Part shown: in pieces, positions 55,622 through 64,000 of the stretch | Layout: each line of letters starts with the position of its first letter | Numbering within the stretch: the first letter of the stretch is position 1 | Assembly (NCBI GenBank): GCA_964440805.1 | Contig: CAYTTR010000005.1 | Span: 19,847-83,846 of the forward strand | Source: an uncultured Eubacteriales bacterium | Lineage (GTDB): Bacteria; Acidobacteriota; Aminicenantia; Aminicenantales; Aminicenantaceae | Reading direction: 5' to 3' | Length of the DNA stretch: 64,000 nucleotides | Notes under the pieces: model-generated | Told to the model about the DNA's origin: nothing | Databases searched by the model: none | The model's input: the letters and a program-made list of their open reading frames with translations, nothing else | Position numbers and translations under genes: made by a program

Positions 55622-57229
55622 TTAGACAATGCGGCGTTTCACCGGGTCCCAGTAGACTTTCCGGCCTTCAAGATAAGAACGGGTGGCCATATGGCAGGTT
55701 ATAGCTTCCTCAAATCCTCTTTCAATGCCGCAGCTCGGAGTTCCTCCATTACGGATACAGTCCAACCATTCTTTGATATGAAGATGAGCAGTGTCTACCC
55801 GCCGGCCATTACGATAAGTATAAAGAAGACCCCGGCTGGCGAAATATTCTTCAGTAGCTGATGTAATGGTATCGATTCCTCCAGCTCCAGGGCGGAAAGT
55901 AAACAGAGGGAGAGAAAGGTCAATAACTTTATTTTTGATTTTTTCCTCATAGCGGGTGGATTCCGAATCAACCCTGACTGTCAGATCACTTCCCACTTCC
56001 ATGGAGGCATCATGTCCCATGAAAATCCGGCCGCGGTTGCGGTTACTGGAAAGGGTGGCGCTGTAGACAAGAGTCATGTTTCTGTCAGGATACTCACAAA
56101 CAACCTGAAAAACATCAGGAACATCCCGGCCGTCCCGATAGAAATAAATCCCTCCGGAAGCTGTTACCGAATGGGGAATACCCAGTTCCATTATTTGATT
56201 TACTGCATCGTACTCATGGGAAAAGAGGTCGCCGGAAAGGCCGGTTCCATAATCAAACCAGCAGCGCCAGCGGAAAAATCTCTCTAAGCTAAAAGGAACC
56301 TTGCGGGGAGCCGGACCTTGAAACTGTTCCCAATCTATATTATGAGGACCGGCTTCCTCGTGAATTTCATAAACCCAGGCTCCAATGGGGGAATTGCGGT
56401 TGGTTGTTGTTTCAACCAGATTAACCGGCCCCAGGATATTTCGCTGGAGCAGCATCCTGGCTTTCATATGACTTTCCAGTTGCCGGTTCTGATGTCCGAG
56501 CTGAAAGACCACTTTTCCATTATTGACAGCTTCATATACTTCATGGGTTTCCTCTTCAGTCCGGGTCATGCATTTTTCACAGTAAACATGTTTCCCTGCT
56601 TTTACTGCATCAACAACCATTTTGGCATGCCAGTGGTCGGGTGTAGCGATAATCACTGCATCTACATAGGGGCTTTCCAGAAGATCCTGATAGTTATGGA
56701 ACCGCTTGGCGCCGATGGACCTTGCTTTTTCTCCTCCCGGACCTATTTCATTTGAAGCAGCGGCTAATCCCCGTTCAGCCCGTATGTCGAAGACATCACA
56801 GACTGCAGTAAGGGCAACATTAAGGTCTTCTTGATTGAGAAAATCCTTTAAAGAAGTATTGAGGCGGTTCTTCCTGGAAGCTTCCCTTGCTTCCTCTATC
56901 CATTCAGGATGGGCAAAACCGGCTGAATGGACAAGACTTTCTCCCCGGCCTCCAAAGCCAATAATTCCAAGGCGGATAATCTCTCCCGGTTTGGCCGGTG
57001 CAGATTCAGGAAATTCAGGCACTTCCTCGGTCAATCCCAGTTCTTCCAGAAGCACCGACCTTTTCTTGTCATCATGAGTTTTTTTGAGCCAGGCACTTAC
57101 TCCGAATGCTCCCAGGGCCGGTACAGTTGCCAGGCCTTTAAGAAGGTCTCTCCGGGCAATTCTTCCCTTTGCAGGGCTTTCTTTTTTTATTCCGGTTTTT
57201 TCTTTAATTTCTTTTTTTTCATCGCTCAT
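55622..57229 (-). CDS. Tat-exported Gfo/Idh/MocA oxidoreductase (glycoside 3-dehydrogenase-like)
   Basis: ARRDLLK twin-arginine motif, GIIGFGGRG, IATPDHWH, YCEK, RWR.WFDYGTG..GD..SH. Confidence 0.9.
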   Translation of the reverse strand: MSDEKKEIKEKTGIKKESPAKGRIARRDLLKGLATVPALGAFGVSAWLKKTHDDKKRSVLLEELGLTEEVPEFPESAPAKPGEIIRLGIIGFGGRGESLVHSAGFAHPEWIEEAREASRKNRLNTSLKDFLNQEDLNVALTAVCDVFDIRAERGLAAASNEIGPGGEKARSIGAKRFHNYQDLLESPYVDAVIIATPDHWHAKMVVDAVKAGKHVYCEKCMTRTEEETHEVYEAVNNGKVVFQLGHQNRQLESHMKARMLLQRNILGPVNLVETTTNRNSPIGAWVYEIHEEAGPHNIDWEQFQGPAPRKVPFSLERFFRWRCWFDYGTGLSGDLFSHEYDAVNQIMELGIPHSVTASGGIYFYRDGRDVPDVFQVVCEYPDRNMTLVYSATLSSNRNRGRIFMGHDASMEVGSDLTVRVDSESTRYEEKIKNKVIDLSLPLFTFRPGAGGIDTITSATEEYFASRGLLYTYRNGRRVDTAHLHIKEWLDCIRNGGTPSCGIERGFEEAITCHMATRSYLEGRKVYWDPVKRRIV

Positions 57230-57247
57230 GTTTAAGCCTCCATTCCC

Positions 57248-57766
57248 CTATTTATTGCTTAGTCTTTTAGGAGGGCCAGATAACAAACGATCCAAACCTA
57301 TAATACGTCCGGTGGGAAAGGCAGCCAGAACCAGCAGCGCTCCCAGCTCAACCAGGTTTTTATTGACTATGACATAGCTTCCCTCCTGGGGAATAGAATA
57401 GGAGTAACCAATAAAAGGAGGATTGCTGATATAGTAGAGAAAAAGAAGTACTGCTCCCGCTAAACAAGCTGCCCTGTCCAGAATCCCCAGCATTAGAGCC
57501 AGGCCAATGGCCATAAGTCCCCAGGTGTTAAGAAAATCAACTGCTTTGAGGGCGGCTGGATAGGCCACAATTGTTTTAAAGATACCAGAAAAAAGCCACT
57601 TGGATTCAAGCAAGTAAGCGGCTGAACCCCAGTAAGGATTGAGCAACTTGGCCAATCCTTCATAGAGAAAATGCCAGCCGATAAGAATCCTCAAAAAGAC
57701 CAGCAGCCAAAGCTGCAGGTTAGTGTAAGAAGAATTCAAAACAAGATTACCGTTTTTGGATGACAT
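57248..57766 (-). CDS. DoxX family membrane protein
   Basis: LRILIGWHFLYEGL.K, EGSY.IVNKNL.E, GLD. Confidence 0.88.
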   Translation of the reverse strand: MSSKNGNLVLNSSYTNLQLWLLVFLRILIGWHFLYEGLAKLLNPYWGSAAYLLESKWLFSGIFKTIVAYPAALKAVDFLNTWGLMAIGLALMLGILDRAACLAGAVLLFLYYISNPPFIGYSYSIPQEGSYVIVNKNLVELGALLVLAAFPTGRIIGLDRLLSGPPKRLSNK

Positions 57767-57893
57767 TTTTATCCACCTTTCTTAAGAAGGAATATAAAAA
57801 AGATTTCCCTTTGTCAACAACAAGAAAAATCTTCTCTTTCTTACCTGATTGAATCCTGGGGGTATTTAAATTAAAATGGTTTCTGGAGTTTTT

Positions 57894-59855
57894 ATGACTG
57901 CAAAAAGAATAATTGGGCTCTTGTTGACACTTTCCCTGATTTTTGTTGGCTGCAAGGAAAAATCCTCCTCACGTTTTAAGGTCTTTAGATTAATTGACCA
58001 TCTGGAATCAGAAAATATAAAAAAAAGCCCGTTATTTGAAGTTCGAAAACAAAGTGAAAACCCAGCCTCTTTTTATCCTTTAAAGTCTAACCCGTTGACA
58101 GATCTCGGAACCGGGGAAAACCCCATTGAAATCAAGAGAAAATTAAAATTGGGCGGCACTGAATTTAACATTATCTTTGCTCCGGCCAACAGCGAATACA
58201 GCTTTGAATGCGATATGTCGGAAAATTCTAAGCTTGCGTTCGGGACTGGCTTACTCAGGGATCAGAATTCTGACCAACTCACTGGCAAAAACAAGGAAAA
58301 TCGAGGTGTAAACTTCCAGATTTATTTGGAGGCAAACGGCAGACGAAAAAGCCTTTTCCAGAAATATGTCTCTTTTCCCCCTTTTAAAGAAGAGGGGACA
58401 TTTGGCTTCCATTTTCATCAAATTTCTCTCCCTCACCGGATTAAAAAAGCCAGGCTGATCTTGAAAACAGAAGGTTCCGATTGGGGATTTTCATTCTGGT
58501 TTAATCCTGTCCTCTACCAAGAGGATAAAAACGACTTGAACATTATATTTATCTCGGTAGACACCTTAAGAGCTGACCACCTAAGCTGCTATGGATATGA
58601 AAGAGAGACCAGTCCCAACATCGACGCTTTGGCCAAGGAAAGTGTCCACTTTTCCAATGTTTATACTTCCTCACCCTGGACACTTCCTTCTCATGTCTCA
58701 ATGATGACTGCTCTCCACGGAGTTCATCACCAGGTCTATTATGATGATGAAAGAATACCTCTTGATCTTGTTACACTGGCCGAGCTACTAAGAGAAAATC
58801 ATTTCTTCTGCTCTGCTTTTACCGGAGGAGGGTTTGTCAGCTCGGTTTACGGTTTTTCCAAAGGTTTTGATACCTACGAGGAAGGTTCTGGAGGAGTGTT
58901 TAGACAGGATTCTGCCGAGTTTCTCGGCGAGACCGCTTCAGAATGGATAGAAAGACATAGGGACAAAAACTTTTTTCTTTTTCTTCATACCTATCAACCA
59001 CACGATCCCTATGCTTGCCCCTATCCTTATAAAGCTATGTTTTTGGATGAAGATGCGGAATGGGGACATATTAACCTGAGGGAGCACCTCGGAGGCAAGA
59101 CTGGAATTTTCAAATCCCTTCCCGAAAATCAAAAGCGAAATATCATTGGTTTATACGATGGTGAGATACGATACACAGATGAGAAGCTCATAGGAACACT
59201 GGTTGCCAAACTGAAAGAAGAAGGTTTGTACGACAAGACACTTTTAATTTTTACCAGCGATCACGGCGAGGAATTTTATGACCATAATGGCTGGGGACAT
59301 GGTCATAGTCTATATGATGAATCGTTGAAAGTCCCTCTTATTATTAAATTCCCTGGGGGAGAGCATGGAGGAAAAGCGATAGAAAACATTGTATCGCTGG
59401 TCGACCTTATGCCCACAATTCTTGATTTAACGAATATTTCTTTTAACCAATACCCTTTTGATGGAAAAAGCCTGATCCCCGTTATTGAGGGAAAAGAGCG
59501 GAAAGACAGAGAATTTCTGGCAGACGTAGCGGACAATGTACTAAATTTTCATATTCCCCAGAAAATAAGTTTAAATAGGGGAAAATACAAGTTGATTTTA
59601 AATAAAAGATTCAGTCCAGATGACCTCGCTTTTTTCAAATTTCCTCCTCCGGAAGTTGAGCCGGTAGAGGTCTTCGATCTAAGTAAAGATTCCAAAGAAA
59701 CTACAAATGTCGCCCACCAAATGCCAAAATGGGTGAACGAAATTCTTGAATTCATCAGAATTACATATGAAGAAGCAGAAAAAAGAAAAACAGGCAAGGT
59801 GGAAATCGATAAAAATCTTCGCGAACAGTTGAAAGCTCTTGGTTACATTAATTAA
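57894..59855 (+). CDS. Sulfatase-like (alkaline phosphatase superfamily) lipoprotein
   Basis: Lipobox FVG-C; ISVDTLRADH, SPWTLPSH.SM.T, HTYQPHDPY, SDHGEEF.DH...H, LKALGYI. Confidence 0.9.
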   Translation: MTAKRIIGLLLTLSLIFVGCKEKSSSRFKVFRLIDHLESENIKKSPLFEVRKQSENPASFYPLKSNPLTDLGTGENPIEIKRKLKLGGTEFNIIFAPANSEYSFECDMSENSKLAFGTGLLRDQNSDQLTGKNKENRGVNFQIYLEANGRRKSLFQKYVSFPPFKEEGTFGFHFHQISLPHRIKKARLILKTEGSDWGFSFWFNPVLYQEDKNDLNIIFISVDTLRADHLSCYGYERETSPNIDALAKESVHFSNVYTSSPWTLPSHVSMMTALHGVHHQVYYDDERIPLDLVTLAELLRENHFFCSAFTGGGFVSSVYGFSKGFDTYEEGSGGVFRQDSAEFLGETASEWIERHRDKNFFLFLHTYQPHDPYACPYPYKAMFLDEDAEWGHINLREHLGGKTGIFKSLPENQKRNIIGLYDGEIRYTDEKLIGTLVAKLKEEGLYDKTLLIFTSDHGEEFYDHNGWGHGHSLYDESLKVPLIIKFPGGEHGGKAIENIVSLVDLMPTILDLTNISFNQYPFDGKSLIPVIEGKERKDREFLADVADNVLNFHIPQKISLNRGKYKLILNKRFSPDDLAFFKFPPPEVEPVEVFDLSKDSKETTNVAHQMPKWVNEILEFIRITYEEAEKRKTGKVEIDKNLREQLKALGYIN

Positions 59856-60117
59856 CCTGAACTATTCATAAAAAAGGCCGATACTTTTTATACCACAAAT
59901 ACTACCTATGACTTAAGAGGTTTTTTTATGGCGTAGGTAAAGAAATTAAGTTCATTAAATCCTTTCATCAAATCTTGTCTAAAATCGGCCTTTTTTACCC
60001 TTCGGGCGAGCCGCGCTTGGCGCATCTGCTTCGTTACAGGACACTTGCGGTGGAGAACCACAGCTGCATGTCCTGTGCCTCGCATCTACACCAACCTCGA
60101 CTCGTGAATAATCCAGG
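59856..60117. mobile_element. 262 bp non-autonomous MITE-like element
   Basis: Terminal inverted repeats CCTGAACTATTCAT and GTGAATAATCCAGG (11/14 match); TTAA on both flanks (59852-59855, 60118-60121); internal perfect 14 bp IR (59869-59882 with 59984-59997); long GC-rich imperfect hairpin at 60008-60104. Confidence 0.7.
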
Positions 60118-60223
60118 TTAACTAAGATTATGTCTGCTAATTATGGCTTCCGGGATTAAGTTTGACCCTCTCCGTCGGCTTATGCTATATCTATTGTGAC
60201 TTTTTAAAGGATAAATAGTTTAA

Positions 60224-61507
60224 ATGAATATTGTTCGCTTTGCTCCAAGTCCAACTGGATACCTTCATCTGGGAAGCGCCCGGACCGCTCTTTTTAACTG
60301 GCTTTTCGCCAGGCATTATGGCGGTAAGTTTCTTCTTAGAGTGGAAGATACAGATCAGGTCCGGTCTGAAACCAGATTTCTGGAAGAAATCCTTAACGAC
60401 CTCCGCTGGCTGGGTATCGACTGGGACGATAAACCTATTTTCCAGAGCCAGCGGTTTGAACTTTATCGGAAAAAAGCCCAAGATATCCTGGCTTCCGGCA
60501 AAGCCTACAGAGAAGGCGAGGCCATAATTTTCCGGATGGAAAAAGGTCGGACTATCCAGGTGGATGACATGATACATGGGCGGTTAATCTTTGAAACAGA
60601 TGTAATCAAGGATCAGGTGATGATTAAATCCGACGGCTCACCTACTTACAATTTTGCTTGTGTGGTTGATGATTCAGCTATGAAAATAACACACATCTTG
60701 AGGGGAGACGACCACATTTCCAATATTCCCAAGCAGATCCTATTTTACGAAGCCTTGGGAGAAACTCTTCCCCGCTTTGGCCATATGCCTCTTATTTTAG
60801 GACCGGACGGAGCCAAACTATCTAAGCGCCACGGCGGAGTTTCCGTTGAAGAGTACCGCCAGCAAGGCTTCCTGCCCGAAGCCCTGGTAAATCACCTCAT
60901 CCTTCTGGGCTGGTTTCCTGGAGAGGAACATGAGGTCCTCACTTTAAAAGAGGCGGTCAAACTTTTCGAAGTTAAGGACATGAGTGCGGTCCAGGCGAAA
61001 TTCGATATCCAGAAACTCTTATGGCTGAACTCCCAGCACATTATAAGAAAAAACTCCCGGGAGCTTCTTTCCTTAATTAAAGAAAAACTCCTGGAAAAAG
61101 GAGTGGCGTTATCTGGAATAAAAGAATCATTTCTGCTAAAGCTTATCGAGCTTTATAAAATTAGAATGAAAACCATCAATGATTTTGCAGCTCTTACAGA
61201 ATGCTTCTTTAACGATGATTTCACTATGGATGAAAAGGCCAGAAAAAAACATCTGGAAAAACTTGAAAACAGGGAAAACTTGAAATTGTTCGCTCAGAGA
61301 CTGGAGTCTCTCCATAATTTCAGCCATCAACAAATTGAAGAAACCTGCCGCAGCTTAGCTGAAGAGAAAGGGCTTAAAGCTTCAAGTTTGATTCACCCCG
61401 CCCGAGTGGCTATTAGCGGCAGAACCACCGGAGCAGGGTTGTTCGAAATGATGGAACTTTTAGGAAAAGAAAAAACCTTGGAGAGAATGAGGAGGTTTTT
61501 TCCATGA
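60224..61507 (+). CDS. gltX: Glutamate--tRNA ligase (short form)
   Basis: [49 protein letters not shown]; anticodon-binding domain present. Confidence 0.95.
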   Translation: MNIVRFAPSPTGYLHLGSARTALFNWLFARHYGGKFLLRVEDTDQVRSETRFLEEILNDLRWLGIDWDDKPIFQSQRFELYRKKAQDILASGKAYREGEAIIFRMEKGRTIQVDDMIHGRLIFETDVIKDQVMIKSDGSPTYNFACVVDDSAMKITHILRGDDHISNIPKQILFYEALGETLPRFGHMPLILGPDGAKLSKRHGGVSVEEYRQQGFLPEALVNHLILLGWFPGEEHEVLTLKEAVKLFEVKDMSAVQAKFDIQKLLWLNSQHIIRKNSRELLSLIKEKLLEKGVALSGIKESFLLKLIELYKIRMKTINDFAALTECFFNDDFTMDEKARKKHLEKLENRENLKLFAQRLESLHNFSHQQIEETCRSLAEEKGLKASSLIHPARVAISGRTTGAGLFEMMELLGKEKTLERMRRFFP

Positions 61508-63201
61508 GTCCTGTCGGAAGCAAAACCAATTTCATCAAGGAAATAATCGAAGAAGATATCCGGGCTGGAAAACATGGAGGACGGATTCACACCCGCTTTC
61601 CTCCCGAACCCAATGGTTATCTCCATATTGGCCATGCTAAATCCATCTGCCTGAATTTCGGACTGGCTGATGAATACAAGGGCCTGTGTAATCTCCGCTT
61701 CGACGATACCAATCCGGAAACAGAAGAAATTACTTATGTTGAATCAATAAAAGAAAATGTCTGCTGGCTGGGATTCGACTGGGAGGAGCGGGAATTCTAC
61801 GCCTCTGATTATTTTGAGAAACTCTATCAATTCGCTTTAGATCTAATAAAAAAAGGAAAAGCCTATGTCTGCGATCTGAGTGCAGAAGAAATAAGCGCAA
61901 CCCGCGGCACGTTGACTGAACCGGGCAAGGAAAGCCCATACCGTAACCGTAGAGCCGAAGAAAACCTGGATCTTTTTCAAAGGATGCGGGCCGGTGAATT
62001 TCCTGATGGCTCCAGGGTTCTGCGGACTAAAATAGACATGGCTCACCCCAACCTTCTCATGCGCGATCCCATTCTCTACCGGATAAGGCGGGCCACTCAT
62101 TATCGTACCGGAGATAATTGGTGTATTTATCCAACCTATGACTGGGCTCACGGTCAAAGTGATTCCATTGAGGGTATCACCCACTCGCTTTGTACCCTTG
62201 AGTTTGAAGTGCACCGGCCTCTCTACGATTGGTTCTTAGAGCAGCTGGAAATTCATCGGCCTCAGCAAATTGAATTTGCCCGCTTAAATTTAAGCCATAC
62301 AGTTTTAAGCAAGCGCAAGCTGCTGGAACTGGTTAAGGGAGGATTTGTCAGCGGCTGGGACGACCCCCGCATGCCTACTATTTCAGGAATGAAAAGGCGG
62401 GGCTATACACCACAGGCCATAAGAGAGTTTTGTGACAAAATCGGAGTAGCCAAGGCTAACAGTATTGTGGATATGGCTCTTCTTGAAGACTGTGTCCGCC
62501 GAGATCTGAATAAACACTCACCCCGGGTAATGGGTGTTTTAAAACCTCTCAAGGTGGTCATAACAAATTATCCTGAAGACAAGGAAGAAGAGCTGGAAGC
62601 CATTAATAATCCAGAGGACCTTTCTGCCGGAACCAGGAAAGTACCCTTTTCCAGGATTATTTACATCGAGAGAGAAGATTTCATGGAGAATCCTCCAAAA
62701 AAATTCTACCGTTTGGCTCCGGGAAGAGAGGTCAGGCTTCGCTACGCCTATTTCATCAAGTGTGTTGAGGTTAAAAAAGATCCTTCTACAGGCGAAGTAA
62801 AAGAGCTTCACTGCACCTACGATCCGGCCACCAGAGGAGGCAATGCTCCGGACGGCCGTAAAGTCAAGGCTACCCTTCACTGGGTATCAGCCTCCCCTGC
62901 CGTTGAAGCAGAAGTTCGTCTTTATGATACTCTTTTCAGCATTCGTGATCCCAACCAAGTTCCAGATGGGAGAGACTGGAAATCCAACCTAAATCCAAAC
63001 TCCCTTCAAACTCTTACCGGCTGTAAGGTTGAACCCAGCCTGGCGAAGGCAAAACCAGGCAACCGATTCCAGTTTGAAAGAATGGGATATTTTTGCTTAG
63101 ATACTGTTGATACAAAACCGGGAAAACTTGTATTTAACCGGACCGTCACTCTACGTGATGAATGGGCCAGACTGCTTCGTTCAGGCAAGTACAATTTGTA
63201 A
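61504..63201 (+). CDS. glnS: Glutamine--tRNA ligase
   Basis: [60 protein letters not shown]; ATGA overlap with gltX. Confidence 0.97.
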   Translation: MSPVGSKTNFIKEIIEEDIRAGKHGGRIHTRFPPEPNGYLHIGHAKSICLNFGLADEYKGLCNLRFDDTNPETEEITYVESIKENVCWLGFDWEEREFYASDYFEKLYQFALDLIKKGKAYVCDLSAEEISATRGTLTEPGKESPYRNRRAEENLDLFQRMRAGEFPDGSRVLRTKIDMAHPNLLMRDPILYRIRRATHYRTGDNWCIYPTYDWAHGQSDSIEGITHSLCTLEFEVHRPLYDWFLEQLEIHRPQQIEFARLNLSHTVLSKRKLLELVKGGFVSGWDDPRMPTISGMKRRGYTPQAIREFCDKIGVAKANSIVDMALLEDCVRRDLNKHSPRVMGVLKPLKVVITNYPEDKEEELEAINNPEDLSAGTRKVPFSRIIYIEREDFMENPPKKFYRLAPGREVRLRYAYFIKCVEVKKDPSTGEVKELHCTYDPATRGGNAPDGRKVKATLHWVSASPAVEAEVRLYDTLFSIRDPNQVPDGRDWKSNLNPNSLQTLTGCKVEPSLAKAKPGNRFQFERMGYFCLDTVDTKPGKLVFNRTVTLRDEWARLLRSGKYNL

Positions 63202-63370
63202 AATAAGGAAATTTCCTCTTAGATTACTATAAGGGAGTCAGAAATTCCGGGCAATGGATAGCTAATAAAAATGCTGGTTTTTCCAAAGCCAATCCAACTA
63301 GTTGATCTTTTTTTAAAAGAAATCAAGCGTATTATTCAATGAAAAAAACAAAAAAAGGGGGAATCAAATC

Positions 63371-64000
63371 ATGGTTCCAAAAAAAATAAATTCCTCAGGA
63401 AACATTATTCATGGACCAACCCTTATCACTGAAGAAGATATTTATCTTTTCAAAGAGGGTAATCATTGCCAGCTTTATCTTAAAATGGGAGCCCACCTAA
63501 TGACAGTCGATGGAAGAAAAGGTACTTACTTCAGTGTCTGGGCACCCAATGCCCGGAAGGTTTCAGTTGTTGGAAATTTCAATAACTGGAATCCCGGTTC
63601 TCATCCCTTGGCTGTAAGGTGGGACGGCTCAGGAATCTGGGAAGGATTCATTCCAGGTTTGGGGCAAGGTGAATTATATAAATTCCATATGCTTTCTCAT
63701 GATGGAGATTACCAAGCTGATAAAGGTGATCCTTACGCTTTTTTCTGGGAAATCTCACCCCGGACAGCATCTGTCATCTGGGATCTTGACTATCAATGGA
63801 AAGACATGGACTGGATGAAAGAACAACGCCGCCAGCACAATGCCCTACAAAATCCAATTTCCGCCTATGAAGTCCATCTTGGTTCCTGGCGAAGAGGAGG
63901 TAAAGACTCTAATAAACTTCTATCTTACCGGGAAATTGCTTCCCAGCTGATTGAATATGTCAGAGAAATGAAATTTACTCATGTTGAATTACTGCCAATT
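63371..64000 (+). CDS. glgB: 1,4-alpha-glucan branching enzyme (5' part; continues past the window)
   Basis: Hand translation: DIYLFKEGNH..LY.KMGAH, FSVWAPNA..VSVVG.FN.W, SGIWEGFIPG, DPYAF, AYEVHLGSW, FTHVELLP. Confidence 0.95.
   Translation, partial: MVPKKINSSGNIIHGPTLITEEDIYLFKEGNHCQLYLKMGAHLMTVDGRKGTYFSVWAPNARKVSVVGNFNNWNPGSHPLAVRWDGSGIWEGFIPGLGQGELYKFHMLSHDGDYQADKGDPYAFFWEISPRTASVIWDLDYQWKDMDWMKEQRRQHNALQNPISAYEVHLGSWRRGGKDSNKLLSYREIASQLIEYVREMKFTHVELLPI

Noticed and set aside
57791-57817. sigma70 promoter for the DoxX operon (TTGACA on the minus strand)
   Set aside because: The best -10 match (TATATT) gives only a 15 bp spacer, too weak to call.
60130-60223. T-box or riboswitch leader upstream of gltX (and likewise trpS)
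   Set aside because: No T-box core motif or terminator/antiterminator pair seen; the nearby hairpin is better explained by the MITE.

Overview
A 64 kb, moderately AT-rich bacterial chromosome segment, mostly housekeeping. The GWxTD, TPR, sulfatase-like and Oar-type TonB receptor content suggests Acidobacteriota, probably Ca. Aminicenantia (inference only). From left to right: a beta-propeller/YYY sensor running off the left edge, a GH127-like gene remnant, cyclophilin and M23 peptidase, a Tyr-rich lipoprotein, an FBP aldolase/phosphatase-NUDIX-EncFtn-DUF2007 cluster, a dcw cluster (mraZ to ftsZ, without murB or ddl) with hutI coupled to ftsZ, a DPP11-like S46 peptidase, a TonB receptor-TPR-sulfatase-like-GWxTD-GWxTD envelope locus, an FAD/Fe-S oxidoreductase, a four-gene PLP enzyme/DUF1611/PP-loop-creatininase fusion/epimerase operon, trpS, a 3-keto-glycoside-type sugar operon, a second sulfatase-like lipoprotein, a 262 bp MITE-like element, gltX-glnS, and glgB running off the right edge. 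I saw no tRNA, rRNA or CRISPR array. The two best candidates for an undescribed system are (1) the D-Glu-type operon at 44.3-50.1 kb, built around a MurL-like ATP-dependent domain fused to a creatininase, and (2) the GWxTD/TonB receptor locus, which shares a near-identical sigma54 promoter with the distant Tyr-rich lipoprotein. All family assignments come from motif recognition by eye; no searches were run.
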